Assembly (NCBI GenBank): GCA_009103225.1
Contig: RHPI01002069.1
Span: 2,628,846-2,692,845, forward strand
From: Chlorokybus atmophyticus
Lineage: Eukaryota > Plantae > Mesostigma and Chlorokybus algae
DNA: 64,000 nucleotides
Reading direction: 5' to 3'
The position numbers and the translations under genes were made by a program. Below the pieces are notes generated by a model that did not search any database, was not told the DNA's origin, and saw nothing but the letters and a program-made list of their open reading frames with translations. Below, piece by piece: positions 38,430 to 51,745 of the stretch (the stretch's first letter is position 1; every line of letters starts with the position of its first letter).

Positions 38430-40770
38430 ATGAGCAGGCCCACCCCGTTCTCCCCAATAGACGAGGGTGACCTCAGCAGTTGGAGCCCAACCACCAACCT
38501 CACCTACGAGCGGACCAGTGACGGGAGCATCGACCGCAGCAGCAGAGGCTCGCGCTCCATCTCCGGCTTCACCCCGCTCCACTCTACTCCTCGTCATCAA
38601 GCTTCTCCACTATCATCGGACAGCGACGACAACGAGATGGAGTCTTCCAGTTCAACCACATCCCTGCGCTTCTCCAGACGTGCCGGCACCACCTCGCTGG
38701 ATGAGTTCATCATCAAGTTCCATTCCAAGATGCGGCAGCAAGCTTTGAAGAACAAAGACTGGTCAGATGAGATCTCTTCCACATTGCTGCTCAGTATCTT
38801 GATTATGAAGCACACGATGTCTGGAAGTCCGTTGCTGAACTGCATCGAGTAGACGGCTATGGCGAGCTTGCCAGCACCATAGCATCTGCATCGCTGCACC
38901 GTCCAACAGGTGTCGTTCCACCTGCCACTTCAGTTGCAGTAACAGGCTTGTCCATAGCTGCAGCTCTCAAGCAGGCAGAGGAGGAGGAACCGGAGTTGGT
39001 ACTTGTCAACTTGACCCCTGCAGAAGTTGAGTCCAAGGAGGCCACACGTCGAGTTCGCATCCTTGACCGTTCTGCCGTCATCATTGAGGAACAAAGAGCT
39101 GCACAGCAAGCGGCAGCCGCAGAGTGGGGTACTCCTCTACCTCCGGCAACACCTGGCTCTCGTGCAGGAGGCAGTACCTTCACCCTCGGGTCAGTAGCAC
39201 TGCGCGCACCAGCCATCTCCGTAGATGCTGCCATCTCTGATTCGCCACTCAAGGACCTGTACGCTGCCCTGCGCCGCACCTTCCCTCCTCAGACCACCAG
39301 CAAGGTTGAGGAGCTGAGACGCTTCCGACGCAAGCCCAATGAGGATCCCCTCCGCTTGTACTCCAGACTGGAAGGTCTGCTGAAGGACACTGACTACAGG
39401 ATTGTCAGTGAGGAGGCTGCTGCAGTGATATACGTCAATGAGTTGGATGCGGCTCTGAGCGAGTCGACACGCTTGACTCTGAACTGCAGCAGGCCCCTTG
39501 ACTACACCCTCAAGAAAGCTTTCGAGACTGCACAAGCCATCCATAAGCGCGCAGTGTATGAGAAAGCGGTGCTGGACACCAACCGCAGTGCCTCACGGCC
39601 TATGGCAGGCACAAGTGCAGAGCCTCTTCGGCGGGACCGCAGCCGGGAGTCGCAAGGCATCCATTACAAGGATAAACGGTCAGCTCATGCTGCCCTTGTG
39701 GCTTCAGTGCTGTGCCACCGGTGTGGTCGACATGGCCACTACCAAAAGGAGTGCACCGAAGATTACGGCAACCTTGTGTGCGACCACTGCCACAAGACGG
39801 GACACTTGGAGACAGTATGCTGGCTCAAGTTCCCTGAGCTGCGGCCCCCTATTGACTACAACAACAGCAACAACGCTGTTGGCTACCGCGGCCACAACAA
39901 CCCCGGGGGCTACAACAACAGCAACCACGCTGGCGGCCACAACAACAGCAACAACGCTGGTGGTCGCAACAACGGCAACAACGCTGGTGGCCACAACCCC
40001 AACAACAACAACAACGCTGGCGGCCGCAAGGAAGAAGCTGGCTATAGAGGGAAAAACCGCCCTCCACAGCACAAAGGACTGGAGGGACGTCCTCGCGCTG
40101 GAGCTGCTGCTGTAAAGGCACCAACCAATCCACCGGCTATCGACCAAGTGGCAGCCCTGATGGCGCGCGTGGCACAGCTGGAGGAAAACAAGGAGCAGGA
40201 CTATCAAGTCTGCTATGTTGCTAGGTGGGCATTGATGGCACCGAAACGGGATAGGGACACTCCCACGCCGTCACGCGTACAACCATCCAGACGGGCGCGC
40301 AGGGAAGCTGGCGCGTCGTCAACAGCGGCATCGTTGGACGCCACAAGTGGTGCTGGGACGACGCCGTCGACAACACCGTCGGCGTCCACACCGACCACGA
40401 CAGCAGGTGTCAGCACTCTTGGCACCACGCTGTTCCCGGTGATGGAGAGCACCCACGCCGCAGCAACCATGGTCGTTGGGTTCGTAAGTGGTGAATCCAC
40501 CACTCCTGCCTCCATCGGAGCGACCACATCAACCGCAACTGCTGCCACCCTCACAGCCGCCACCTCAGTGACGACGACTGCGGCAGGTGCCACCACCATC
40601 GCCTCAAGTAGTGCTGCCATACCCACCGCACCACTTCCTGAGGGCCGGACGGCACCGCCACCAGCATTCGACGTCACACAGCAAGTGCCACGCGGGCCGC
40701 AAGCAGAACGCGCCTGGGCGTCGATTCTACGCAATGTCATTCTTAATGAGGAGGTTGCCAACGGCCTAAA
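38430..40770 (+). mobile_element. Retrotransposon gag gene (two CCHC zinc knuckles), one frameshift near 38775, pol absent
   Basis: CHRCGRHGHYQKEC and CDHCHKTGHLETVC knuckles; capsid-like LRRTFPP..EELRRFRRKPNEDPLRLYSRL; Asn/Gly-rich linker. Sequence turns abruptly AT-rich at about 40770. Confidence 0.75.
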
Positions 40771-41928
40771 GCAATCTGATTGGTTATTGTACAACTATGT
40801 GATGAGCACATTAAAACCAGTAATAATAATGTATAATATATGCACTACATTGCTTGACTGTACAGAGAAGCTTGCATGAAGCGGTTTTGGCTTTACAATG
40901 TGAAACACATGGATGACACGTTGATTGGCTTATGCAATTTGGAACCCAACCACATTAGGCGATCGAAAATTTACAAATGACACACTTATTGCGCTTGCAA
41001 TTATGCAATATATGAAAACTAGCTAACATATTTGGCTTTCAATGAAACCGAGTTGCTTAACAAGTATCATATTGCAAAAATCAAGTATTACAATTTGGTC
41101 CATAAACTTAACACAAAAGCTGAACTAATTTTGCGGTGCAATCTGTAACAAAGTGCATCTCTTTAGTGATAAACATATGTTATAAGTGTTTATGATTAAG
41201 TGCGATGGCCATCCTTATGTTGAAGCCACCGTGGCTCACATCACTGTAGTGCCACAAAATCTTCATAAAAGAAATGAATTCGCGAGGGCACTTTACAACA
41301 ATTTTGTTAACTTCCCAACGGCTCAACTGATGCATTCCGGTAACAGTAGACTGGAATGCATAGGTTTGCGGGTTTTAACCAAAAACAAATGAAATGTATT
41401 GACGAAGCTTTTTATGAACATTTTGGAGCGCTACGGTACTCATGTTGTGACACCATAATACATGCGGATGTGCATAAGCAACTTGCATGATTCTCACTAT
41501 GTGACTTAATCAAGCTTGGTATAAGAACAATGTACAATGTGTTGTACATGCATGCATGATGGAGCTTACCACATCACATGGCATTGTATATGGCATAGTA
41601 TTTACAAGGAGCCTATGTATTGGCTATGTCGCTACTAAATGAATAATGACTATTTGTGATGTTTGTACTGGGTTTGAGTTTTCAAAGCTTATCACACACG
41701 CTCACATGCACATTTGTCATGTGGCATCTGGCTTCAGCTTCACGCATGTCTACGAACATGCAGTCTTTGACAACAGTGATTAGAATGAAAAACGCTGCAT
41801 AAAGCTGCTTTCGGCAACGCTTGTTGCCCAAAAGCTGGGCTAAAACAGCCTGCTACACGACTCGCAGTGCACTGCACAAATATTAGTCATACGTATGTAC
41901 ATAGTGCTTAAGTAACAAGTTGGACCGC

Positions 41929-44375
41929 CTACTCGACCGGCATGCACATCAACTCCATGTCCAGCTGCTCGTAGTCGAGGTCTGGTTGCGGGTCTTTAAC
42001 GGCAAAATGGCTCTTCACAAACATGAGCTTCTCCGCACGCCTCGCCGCTGCGGGTGTGGTGGTAGGCTCATCGGGCTGCGCCCACTTCCAGATGGGATTG
42101 TTGCGTAAGCTCTCCAGGTTGGCCCGCCTAGGTGCGCACGATGTGGAGCACAGCGACATCAAGCGCACGGCCGCTTTCCTCAGCGCCGGATAGCGCGAGT
42201 CCAGCGACCACGCCATGCGCCTGATCTCTGGCTTTGCTGCGTGGCCAAGCTGATGCACTGGCCCAGGAACAACACCATCACCTATAGGCAGCTGCTTCTT
42301 AGCGACTTGCACCGCGCCAACATTGTCCGGATCCAAGCCGGTGGTCATGAAAGCCATCCACTGCAGCTGCAGCTCCGTCCCCGCAGCCGTGCCACGCTGA
42401 AGTTGACACACGCGATACAGCTCATCCCTGGCCTGCTCCTGCTGCATCTCTGCGAGGGCTCCAAGCGGCGGCACAAATTTGTCGCCCGCCTGCTCGTGGT
42501 TGTGGGGATCCATCAGGAATGACAGGTAATACGAGCCGTGCTCAGACTTCTTCCACCGCTGACGCACGGCCGTCGTGGCCGTCGCATCTGAGTAGCCGTG
42601 CCCGGCACACCACTGCTTGACATGCTCCATAACAGCCACCCACATGGGGTGTATCTGTGATATGAGCGGCCGCTCGGTCTCCACCCAAGACAGAAGTTCG
42701 CGAATTGGCCCAAGTAATGTCAACCCGGCAGATGCATCGGCCCAGAACTGATCACTCAAAATCACTTCCTTTGTTGCCAATGCAGTCTCCTCAGCGTCGA
42801 GTCCTGTGGCTTCCCAACTCGTGGACGATGCAAGCTGCCTGAGGGGCTCGGCAGCATTGTACACGTCCTTCAGCAAGTCTGCCAGGCGGCCGGGACGCGT
42901 GTCTGGCGGCACCATCAAGGCGCGGGGAGGAAGGTCGCCGCCATAAGTCCTTTTCTGGGCTTCCAGAAAGAGTGTTTGTGCTCGGATGTCCGTCGAGAAG
43001 AACACTGCAAGGGCTTGGGCCTGATCAAGAACCATCTGCACAAAGGGCAAGGCGCGCGCAAGGTCACGCATCAGGAGATCCAACGCATACGCCTGGCACG
43101 TGGTAGCGACAACCCAGGGGTAGAGTGTTTCCAGCGAGCGCAGAATCAGCTTGTGTAGTGACTCTCCGTCCGCAACAACACCTGCAAAGGGCCATCAGCA
43201 ATCAGCCAAAGAATGGCTAACATCGATTTGTTGCCTTTGCATCTGCAACATGGGTTGGCATACCTGCTATGTGCTCTTTGTGTTGCCCAACAGCAGCAGT
43301 CATGACATCATGACACTGCTCCATCAGGCCAGCACCATGGAGAGTCTCTATGCGTGTGGGCCTGGTTGCGTATAGCAATGACCCGCCATCGGGCAGGTTG
43401 AGAAGATAGTGGATGAGCTTCTGGCCGTTTTGTACACTGGACTTTTTGAGGCCTTCCAGAGCCACTTGCATGCAGTTGAGATTCTGAAGCTGCTGATTGA
43501 CGTCCGCCCGCACGGCCTCACACATCTTGTCCAGGCGTGAGTTAGCAAGGCTCTGTCTTGTTATACCAGGATGACCGAGTGTCTTCAGTGCAGCCTTCAA
43601 GTCAGGATGCTCGATCACACTGAGGGGGATGGAACCAGCATTCTTGTACACCCATAAGCAGAGCTGGTGAGTGGCCTTTTCTATGGTGTCCTTTCTGTGT
43701 GTGATGAGCTTCTTCTTACTGTCACGATCAAATGCCATTGCAGCCGCCGCCAAAGCTTCAGGCCTGGAACGCTTGACATGTGCATCCCATGCAGCCTTGT
43801 CTGCAGAGCCACCAGCTAGGTAGATGGCAGGCATCGCTGGAGCAGCCTTGCGCTTATTGGAGCCCTGTCAGTTTGCACATTTTTTGATCCGATATTACAT
43901 GATACACACGCCTTTTGTTGACAACACCAATTGCAAGAGCTCCCTAGAGTTGCTGCATCAAGACACACTTCTCATGTGCTTGCGTTTCTGGACAACAACA
44001 CTTTCCAACTGTGCTGATACTCACCAGCATGGCCTTCTGTTCAGGAGTCAGGCCCTTGCAGGAGTTTGACGCCAAATGATCGGTGGAGAGCTTTGCTGGG
44101 TTTGACGTGTTGAGATGCACATCCTGACAAATGCACAGCAGCCCAAGTCCCACAACGCCGGAGGGAGTGCGATCCTCAGGTTCGCAAATGACAACTGGGG
44201 TGAAGAAATGCCAGAAACTGCTGCCTCCATCACGTGGCTTATTCATTGCTTTGCTCTTCTGCTCGTTCAGCTTGATGTAATTCTTCTTCAATTCCTCCCA
44301 TGACAGCGTGTTTGGCTTTGCCTGCATGCACATAAGTGTTGCACACTCAGCAGTTGGCTTTGCTGAATGCGACAC
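41929..44375 (-). mobile_element. hAT-superfamily transposase gene (BED finger + DUF659-like), spliced
   Basis: SSFWHFF..CIC..NPAKLSTDHL BED-like finger; IPLSVIEHPDLKAAL; VVADGE; TCQAYALDLL; YYLSFLMDPH; YPALRKAAVRLMSL. TIRs not identified. Confidence 0.8.
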
Positions 44376-44562
44376 CCGCGCATGAATGGACCAGACAACT
44401 CTTTACCAGTGAACTGTGCAACATTATGTGAGCCACTAGTGACATATTCACACGTAACCACCATTGTTCTCAACGTGCCACTGGTAACATTGGTGACCGC
44501 TTTGGTGCTACGGCGAACTCGAACAGGACACGCATGTCAAGGCAATGACCGAAAAACGAGCG

Positions 44563-46862
44563 TTACAAACTTGCTGGACGACACTCCATGCTAGAGGAGC
44601 TAACTGCCAATTCCACATAACTACAGAGCGTAGCGGAGTTGCGCGTTTGGGGCCATGTCTCACCGGCATTGCCACCTTGCTCCAGGCATGCACTTGCGTG
44701 CCAAGCACAACGCGAGTCTCCAACTCCAAGCACAAGCGGCATCTCACCAACCACAAAGCAGGCGTACACACCGGCGTTGTCAATCAACACAAGCACTTGT
44801 TGTCTTGTGCTGCTGCGTACTCACCTTTGCGAGCTTCCCCCTGATCCTGTCCGTGAGCAGTACGGCCGCAACGCCGTCTATCTCAAACACCATGGTTCCT
44901 CCTGCTGGTCCTCCGTCCCCGGCCGCAGCCATGGACACCATGTCTAACATGCTGGGCATGTACCGCCCCCTGGCGGGGGAGCCGGGGGGCGGGGGCGCAC
45001 TGCCCTCCACACCAACCCACAGTAGAAGCAGCAGCACTACACCAGCACTGCCGCCACCACTAACCCCAACACGAACCCCAGCGTGTAACACGAACCTGCC
45101 GCTGGCTATCACGTTCACGCACGCCAGCGGGTAAGGGTTTGGCCTCACCTTCCATAGCCGGCGGGCTTCAGGTAACCGATCCGACGGCGCAGAAACATTC
45201 GCAACGTGATACAAGGTGCACAATGACTGCTAGCCGCCTTCGCCCGCACGTTCGGTCGGTTAGTCGCGATGTTGGTATTGGAACCCTAGCGTGCGCGTCC
45301 CCCCCGACCAGACCGTTGTCGTTAGCGTTACTGCTTCTCGTTAGTTGCTGAAGTTCAATACACAGACTGGCGTCAGCGCAGCAGGCTGAGCTCCATCGAC
45401 CGTCGACGCATGTATCCACTCCTGAGAGGGCCGTCACGCGCGTCACGTCGTGAAAGCAACATGGATGCACACAACGCGTGAAAAAGTTTCTGCTGCATGT
45501 TTCCGCCCACTTGTGCGTTGAGAAGTTGCATGTCGTCAAGTGCCCTAAGCCACATGCACGGAAGCCCGCAATGATGTTCGCAGGTGACAGCCGTGCATAA
45601 GGGCTTGACGAGCAGCCCACGGAACTCCTTCCTGCTGAGGTTCATGTTGTATGTAGTCTCCTGCCTCTTCCTATACTCCTTCCTGTAACACTCATTAAAG
45701 GGGTGAAAGCAGGAGACATCCAGTACTTGCGGACGATGGGTTGTGTGTGGTGGCAAAATGAGGATGTGCAGGCCTTTGTCTTGTGCAAACCGTATCATGC
45801 GTGAGTTGCATCTGCTCACATCTCTATCAACAACTAACAGAGCAGGCTTGAAAGGGCTGTCTTCTCCTGGCATCCACTCCGCAAGTTTCTTGACATAAAT
45901 TTCAAATATATCAATGGTCATCCACGTGTTTTGTTACGCTGCGAAGCGCGCTCTTGAAACATCAAAGTCCTTGGCATCCTCTGTTAGGCGGCGCCCCTTT
46001 GACAATCACCAGCGAGGGAACAGCCTGCCCTCATGTAGTAACTGCGCACATCATGGCGTGCTTTTTGCTACCAGTTGTTGCAGCTTGCGCCAACCTTGCC
46101 CCACTTCATACTTACATCACAAGCAAGTGTTGTGCATTGTCATGTTTGTGTGCATGTTTACCAGCTGTGCATGTCAACAACGCACCTTTTGCGGATCACT
46201 CTGTGTACTTGCATGGATGTGTCGGGTTCGATGACAAGTTCATCTATTGCTAAACAGTCTCAGCAAGAAGATTAAGTAGTCGTACACCACCTCCTTGTTG
46301 AGACACACCTTTCTGAATGCGTGAAGGGGCTCATCCTTGCGGGAGACCAACTTCTTCCTCTTCTTAAGTCCGTTAAACCACTTGTACCAAGGTTTTCCAT
46401 GCTTGCACAGTGCTGCTCTGGCATCTTTAACCAATCTTTTTCCATCTTCGACGCACGCCTGAGTCCACATTACAGCACACCCCCACTTATTACGCAATAT
46501 TGACAGCGTCGGTCACAAACATACACCCTTGATTGATGGAAGCCACAGCCCTCTTGATGTCCTCCATGTGGTCTTCGTATGTTGTGTTTGTTTCTGGCGC
46601 TTGCGGGCTTAGCCTTAGACTTAGGGGGGTTTAGCCTTCACTCTCTTGCCCTGCTCGCAGATACATTGGCCACATGATGCACACGGGTAGTTTGAGTGGT
46701 GTTGACCATAGTAATGACAAGCATGCCAATGCATGCATTATAGCCACCCGTGCAGAGCTGCGTGTGACTATAAGCTTGTAGTGGTATAGACTTGTAATGG
46801 CAGCAACTTGTAGAGGCAAAGGTAGCAGCATAACGCTTGTACTTCTGAGCTTGCAATGCCAC
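44563..46862 (-). pseudogene. pogo/Tc1-mariner DDE_1 transposase remnant with CENP-B-like HTH and a possible decayed C-terminal PHD finger
   Basis: KPWYKWFNGLKKRKKLVSRK, AVPSLVIVKG, ALLVVDRDVS, LHILILPPHTTHRPQVLDVSCFHPFN, ANIIAGFRACG; multiple stops and frameshifts. Confidence 0.8.
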
Positions 46863-48250
46863 TAGCTAGCAGTCTTTCGCTATGCCACTGAGTGCCTCCA
46901 GCAATCACAGCAACTTGTGCTAACTCTCCCTCTCACCTTCACCATACACGCACCAACTCAAACTAACATGTCACCAGCACAGCAGCAACACACAACTAGT
47001 GAGTGCGTGTGGCAATGCTAGTACCTATATAACAACCAACGCGCTCCAATCAACTCTAAGCTGCCACAAAGGCCACAATCACAACTTCACTTTTGGGGTT
47101 TACGTTACGCGTTACCCAAAAATGTGCACATTATAACTTTTTCATTTTCGCATGGAGTGGTATGAAATTTAGTAAATAAGCTCCTCTATCAAACTACAAA
47201 CCCAACAAAGCAAACATCATTCCATTTGACATTAGTATGAGAAAGTTACAAAACCACCAAAGTTTATAATGGTCACACCCCATTTTGAACAACAGAATCG
47301 CTATGTTTGGCAATTTAAAACTCTCGCTCTACTAAGCCGTTTGCCGAATGCTTAGGTTTTGCACGTAGCTCTAGGCTAGAGCTATAACCGGCTATTACTT
47401 GACCGGCAAAGACCTATTAGGCCGCCATTAACAGCCCAAAACCGGCAGATTCCCACGTCAGGGTCCGTTACCAAGTTAGGGCACTTGACCCTAATGGCGG
47501 TCTAGGGGCCTCAACCAGCGTAGCATGTGGACTGTTCCATGATTAGCACTGGCAACAAGATGTAGTTAACAAAAGGTATAGGAACGGTTGGAATGCTCAT
47601 CACACATTAACATGTCAACTTGCACTGTGCATGGCATGGCATGCTACGCCAAGCAGCACAAGCAAATTTAAAAGCGCATGCACTCTAACGCACGCAACAT
47701 GCACGCATTCATACATTGGAAGCACACAAACACACAGGCCACAACGAGAAGCGATGCTTACCGCCAGTTCTGTTGCTTTTTGCTCTAACGGCATCGGGAT
47801 GACAACGTTTTGATTGACCGGTCAACCCTTGTCAGTCGGCTTGTACTCGCGCTAAAATCTCACGCTACACGCTACATAGGTTAAGAACTTCCCGTTGGCT
47901 TCAAGTCAAACCGGAATGGAATTCGAATCGGACTGAATATGGCATGTTCGAAGAACCTATGCCGTCTTGGACATGTAGCGTAACACTTAGTCCCTACCTC
48001 ACTCTTTAACACTAAGGGTGCTGGCAAACAGGTGTCCACGCTACTAATAATGTCGGTGATAATACTGGTGCACCGTGCTATGATCAGCAGAGCTCTTGGT
48101 CAGTCAAGATGATCAAGAGGCTTCAAGTGCCAATAATTAGTGGTGCGGCTGATTGGGCGCGAGGCGGGCGGCCGTCACCAGTGAGTCACCACACAAGAAT
48201 TGTCAGTGCAATTCGTCAGTGCTGGCTGAGGCCTGCCACATGCCATGTTA

Positions 48251-48660
48251 CCGCTACAACAGGCATCCAAGCAGCGACGGACGGAACGTAGCGTGATATT
48301 GCAGCACAGCATATGGCATCACTTGATAGAATATCGTTTGATGTGCTAGTATACCGGATTATATGGCGCGATATGCTCAACAGCATGTGGATGGATATCA
48401 CACATATAGTATCATGCGTGCAATGTGACCTGAACTCTGTTAACTCAGCGACGTCAATGATTACACGCCAGCTCACCGCCACAACAGGCATACAAAGAGC
48501 GACGGACGGGACGTAGCGCGACATTGCAGCACAGCATATGGCGTCACTTGATAAAATATCGTTTGATGTGCTAGCATACGGCATCATATGGCGCGATATG
48601 CTTAATAGCATATGGATGGATATCACACATATAGTATCATGCGTGCAATGTGACCTAGAC
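48251..48660 (+). repeat. Direct tandem duplication, unit about 225 bp, 2 copies
   Basis: CCGCTACAACAGGCATCCAAG..GCAATGTGACCT recurs starting near 48476. Confidence 0.9.
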
Positions 48661-48749
48661 TAAACTCTTTCAACAAGGAACTCACGAGATGTCATGCGAC
48701 ATCGCACCATACCAAGCCATATCACTCTGCTTGCTTGCACTCTGCGTGA

Positions 48750-51143
48750 GTTCCCTGTGCGGCATGTTAACAGAGTTCAAGTCAAACTGTGGTTCGTGCG
48801 CAATGTGTCCTGCGTTTGATGGGATATCATACGCGCCCGAGCGGTATGGTTGACGACCACCACGGCCCGAAAACCAAGTCGCATGCAAGCTCTTTGACGG
48901 CAGCGACGCCAAGATTGTCGAGCGTAGCCGCCACGTTGTTTCGTTGGTGCATTGCGGCGCTTACTTACTCAGGTCCATGGCGGGTTCTCGGCGTGTTGCC
49001 ACCTTCAGAAATCACTTCGTCCGCTGCATCTACGGCTGCAACCTCACAGGCATACACAAAGGCTGGATCGCCAGAGTGGGAGTGCAAAACTTTAGGTCTC
49101 ACCTTACTAGCGGTATCCACAAGGACGCCTTCAATGCATGAACACGCCAACAGCAAGACGATTTGATGAAATACTGGTTGGATCTGGTGAGTGCTGCATG
49201 CATGGCATGTATTGTTGTGCACGGGTCGAATAGCAAACCGCTCCACAGCCTGGGAGCCTAACAATGTGCAATGTCACTGTCAATTTACTTTGAGTGCATG
49301 TTGCTGTCTGCATGATCGCACAGTGGACGGAATTATGTGGGATTGCAATCATGTTTATATACTTGTTGCCACTTAGGGTTGGGCTGCAGTGGCACGACAC
49401 AACTTCAATCCGACTGTGGGTGCCTTTATGCCAGTTGCTAAAATGTGGCCTTTGCAGCAAATAACCCCCCCGCCACCGTCGCTACATGATGTTCTGCACC
49501 CTGTTGAAATCTTATTCGATCATAACCTCATCGCAGACACCAATGCATATGCCAGTGCCTTGACAGTGCCAACAGGTACGTGACTGTTTATGGTGACATC
49601 AACAGTTTCATTTAGTGCATGTATTCAAACAGGTTCTCGTGTGACTCCGTCTAAGCGCCGTAGGAACTTGTATATCGCGCCTGATACTCCCACCACGTCT
49701 TTTGTCACTGACGCTGAAACAGGTGATCAATGTCAATGTTGCAGAGGTTCCAACCTGATCATGTGAACTATATGAACGCAGGGGAAGCAATGCTGCGTTT
49801 GCCAACTCACCAATTTACACCTGAGCTCATGCGTGCTACTATCGACACTTTTAATGCCAACCTGCTTCGTGAAGTACAAAACAGCGCTTGTCTACAAAAC
49901 GAAAGTAAGGCAACTTGTGCCATTGTTTTGACACACACCACTGATGGCATTGTTTGCAAATTTCAAACTGGTTGACGAGAACACAGTCCTTCGCGAGCGC
50001 AGCCTGAAGCCAGCAGAGCAGCTACGCCAAAACCAGACACAGCCTGATCCCCAGATTGCTGCAAAGCTGTTGGAATGATCAGTGAACTCATTGGTCTGCG
50101 TGCAGACTATGCTGCTGCAAAGCAACGCTCTGCTGACATGGAGCGTGCATTACACGAAGAGCGTGCTGAGCACGTATAATGACAGAAAGCGTCAAAAAAC
50201 GCAGACGCAGCAAGCATCGTGGATTTACGCAAGCAGGTAACATAAGCTCAGCGCAGAGCCACACAGTTGCAGCAACACAATGAGCGCAACAATGCAAATT
50301 GGCGCATTTGCAATGCCAGATTGGACAAGCCAACCAGACGATTGCTGCATTAAAAAAGGGTGTGTGTTTTTGCACTGATAGATTTTCCACCAATTAACTT
50401 GCTGTTGTAGACCTCAGAGTTGACAAGCGTCCTGCGTCTTTAAATGGCAAACTGGCAATTTCGTGAGCGCGTTGAACCCAATGGCGTTCAGTTTGAGAGC
50501 TTCCAGCAAGAACTGGAAGTCACGAGAAAGGAGTTGAACAGCTTGGCAAAATACATGTTGAAGAGATCGACCTTGACGGACAGGTACTGAACAATTACAA
50601 TTATGATATGTAGCAACAAACGCAACACTTTGGTGTTCACTGGTTGGTGTACCAGGTATCGCTCCTCAATTGCAGAAAAAGGTTAACAGGCAGCAGCAAC
50701 TGCAACTATACCAAACACTCTGGGAGAAGCATTGTACCTACCTCTTCTTAGTTGCCCCGTTGCTGCGTGAAGCAGCAACAACTGAAGAAATGCAGCAACA
50801 TGTGCGCCAAGACTACAAGGGCAAGCGCGTGGTAGACAATAAAGATAACACATGCGGGATCTTCTGCGAGCAGAAGCCAGTGGAAGCGTTGCTACCAATG
50901 CCATGTTGCGGAGCTACACTGTGCCGTCAGTGCTTAAAGAGGCTGCGCACAGAGTCTCACCCTCAAGTTGAGTGTCCATTCTGCCGCTGCTTTCGATTAA
51001 TTTTTTATGTATCGCCCACTACATGGTGCAGCGCTCCCCGATTCCCCTGTTTATTGGAGGTAAGCAGCAGTGACGATGATAAGGGTGTTGATACACGCAA
51101 TACCGGTGCTGCTGGCGCTGGGCCTCCGCCACCCCCCCTTTAA
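48750..51143 (+). pseudogene. Spliced gene with an N-terminal zinc-finger-like motif, coiled coil and C-terminal RING finger (stops present)
   Basis: CIYGC..NFRSHLTSGIH; coiled-coil exons; CGIFCEQKPVEALLPMPCCGATLCRQCLKRL..VECPFCR. Confidence 0.6.
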
Positions 51144-51427
51144 TAGACCTACATTTCATGGTACCCGTTTTGCCCTTGTAGATGCATGTGTCAAGTTTTG
51201 TCAATTAAACAATTTTATGCTTTGTTGATACCTGTATGGTTATGTTGTTATTAAACATGCTTGTGTAACATCCACAGGGCCGCACACATTGTGTTATTAT
51301 ACAAATACCAAAGCATCGTGTTGCACAAACCGTCAAACACACATGGTGAACCCCACACAAACTATAGCCAGTTTCACGCCATTTTCTTGTTTTTATTGCC
51401 AAAACCGCTACCACTACGTCGGCGCGC

Positions 51428-51745
51428 TCAAAATGCTTTGAAGCTTGCTGGGTTGCCTGCATCCATATTGTCACCTTTGCACCCACGAGAGTCGTATTGA
51501 GCGATACACCTAGCTTTTAACCAATCTATTCGCGCGTTGCAATATTCTTCATCTAAAACTTCCAACCGTTGTGACTGCACTTGCTCTTCAAAAGGTTTAC
51601 TGCTATCTAAGTCAGGCAACATTTTCTTAAGCGGGTGTCTAAGATGTTCCCTATAACGTCGACATTGGTGGCGACTTTGACCGATATATACGTTCTGTGT
51701 TGCCACATGCATCAACTTGTAGATAAACTTCGCACTTGTGTTCAT
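51428..51745 (-). CDS. GIY-YIG endonuclease domain (likely the last exon of a decayed gene starting at 52.9-53.2 kb)
   Basis: FIYKLMHVATQNVYIGQS..RRYREHL..E..IAQYDS..GDN. Confidence 0.75.
   Translation of the reverse strand: MNTSAKFIYKLMHVATQNVYIGQSRHQCRRYREHLRHPLKKMLPDLDSSKPFEEQVQSQRLEVLDEEYCNARIDWLKARCIAQYDSRGCKGDNMDAGNPASFKAF

Noticed and set aside
40770-40879. C-terminal 37 aa of the 643-aa ORF as part of gag
   Set aside because: This is read-through across a compositional junction into unrelated AT-rich DNA.
47080-47290. Tc1/mariner-like terminal inverted repeat for the pogo remnant
   Set aside because: The AT-rich dyad pattern is suggestive, but no matching partner arm was found on the other side of the transposase.
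48251-48660. CRISPR-like array
   Set aside because: There are only two long units with no repeat-spacer structure, and the context is eukaryotic.
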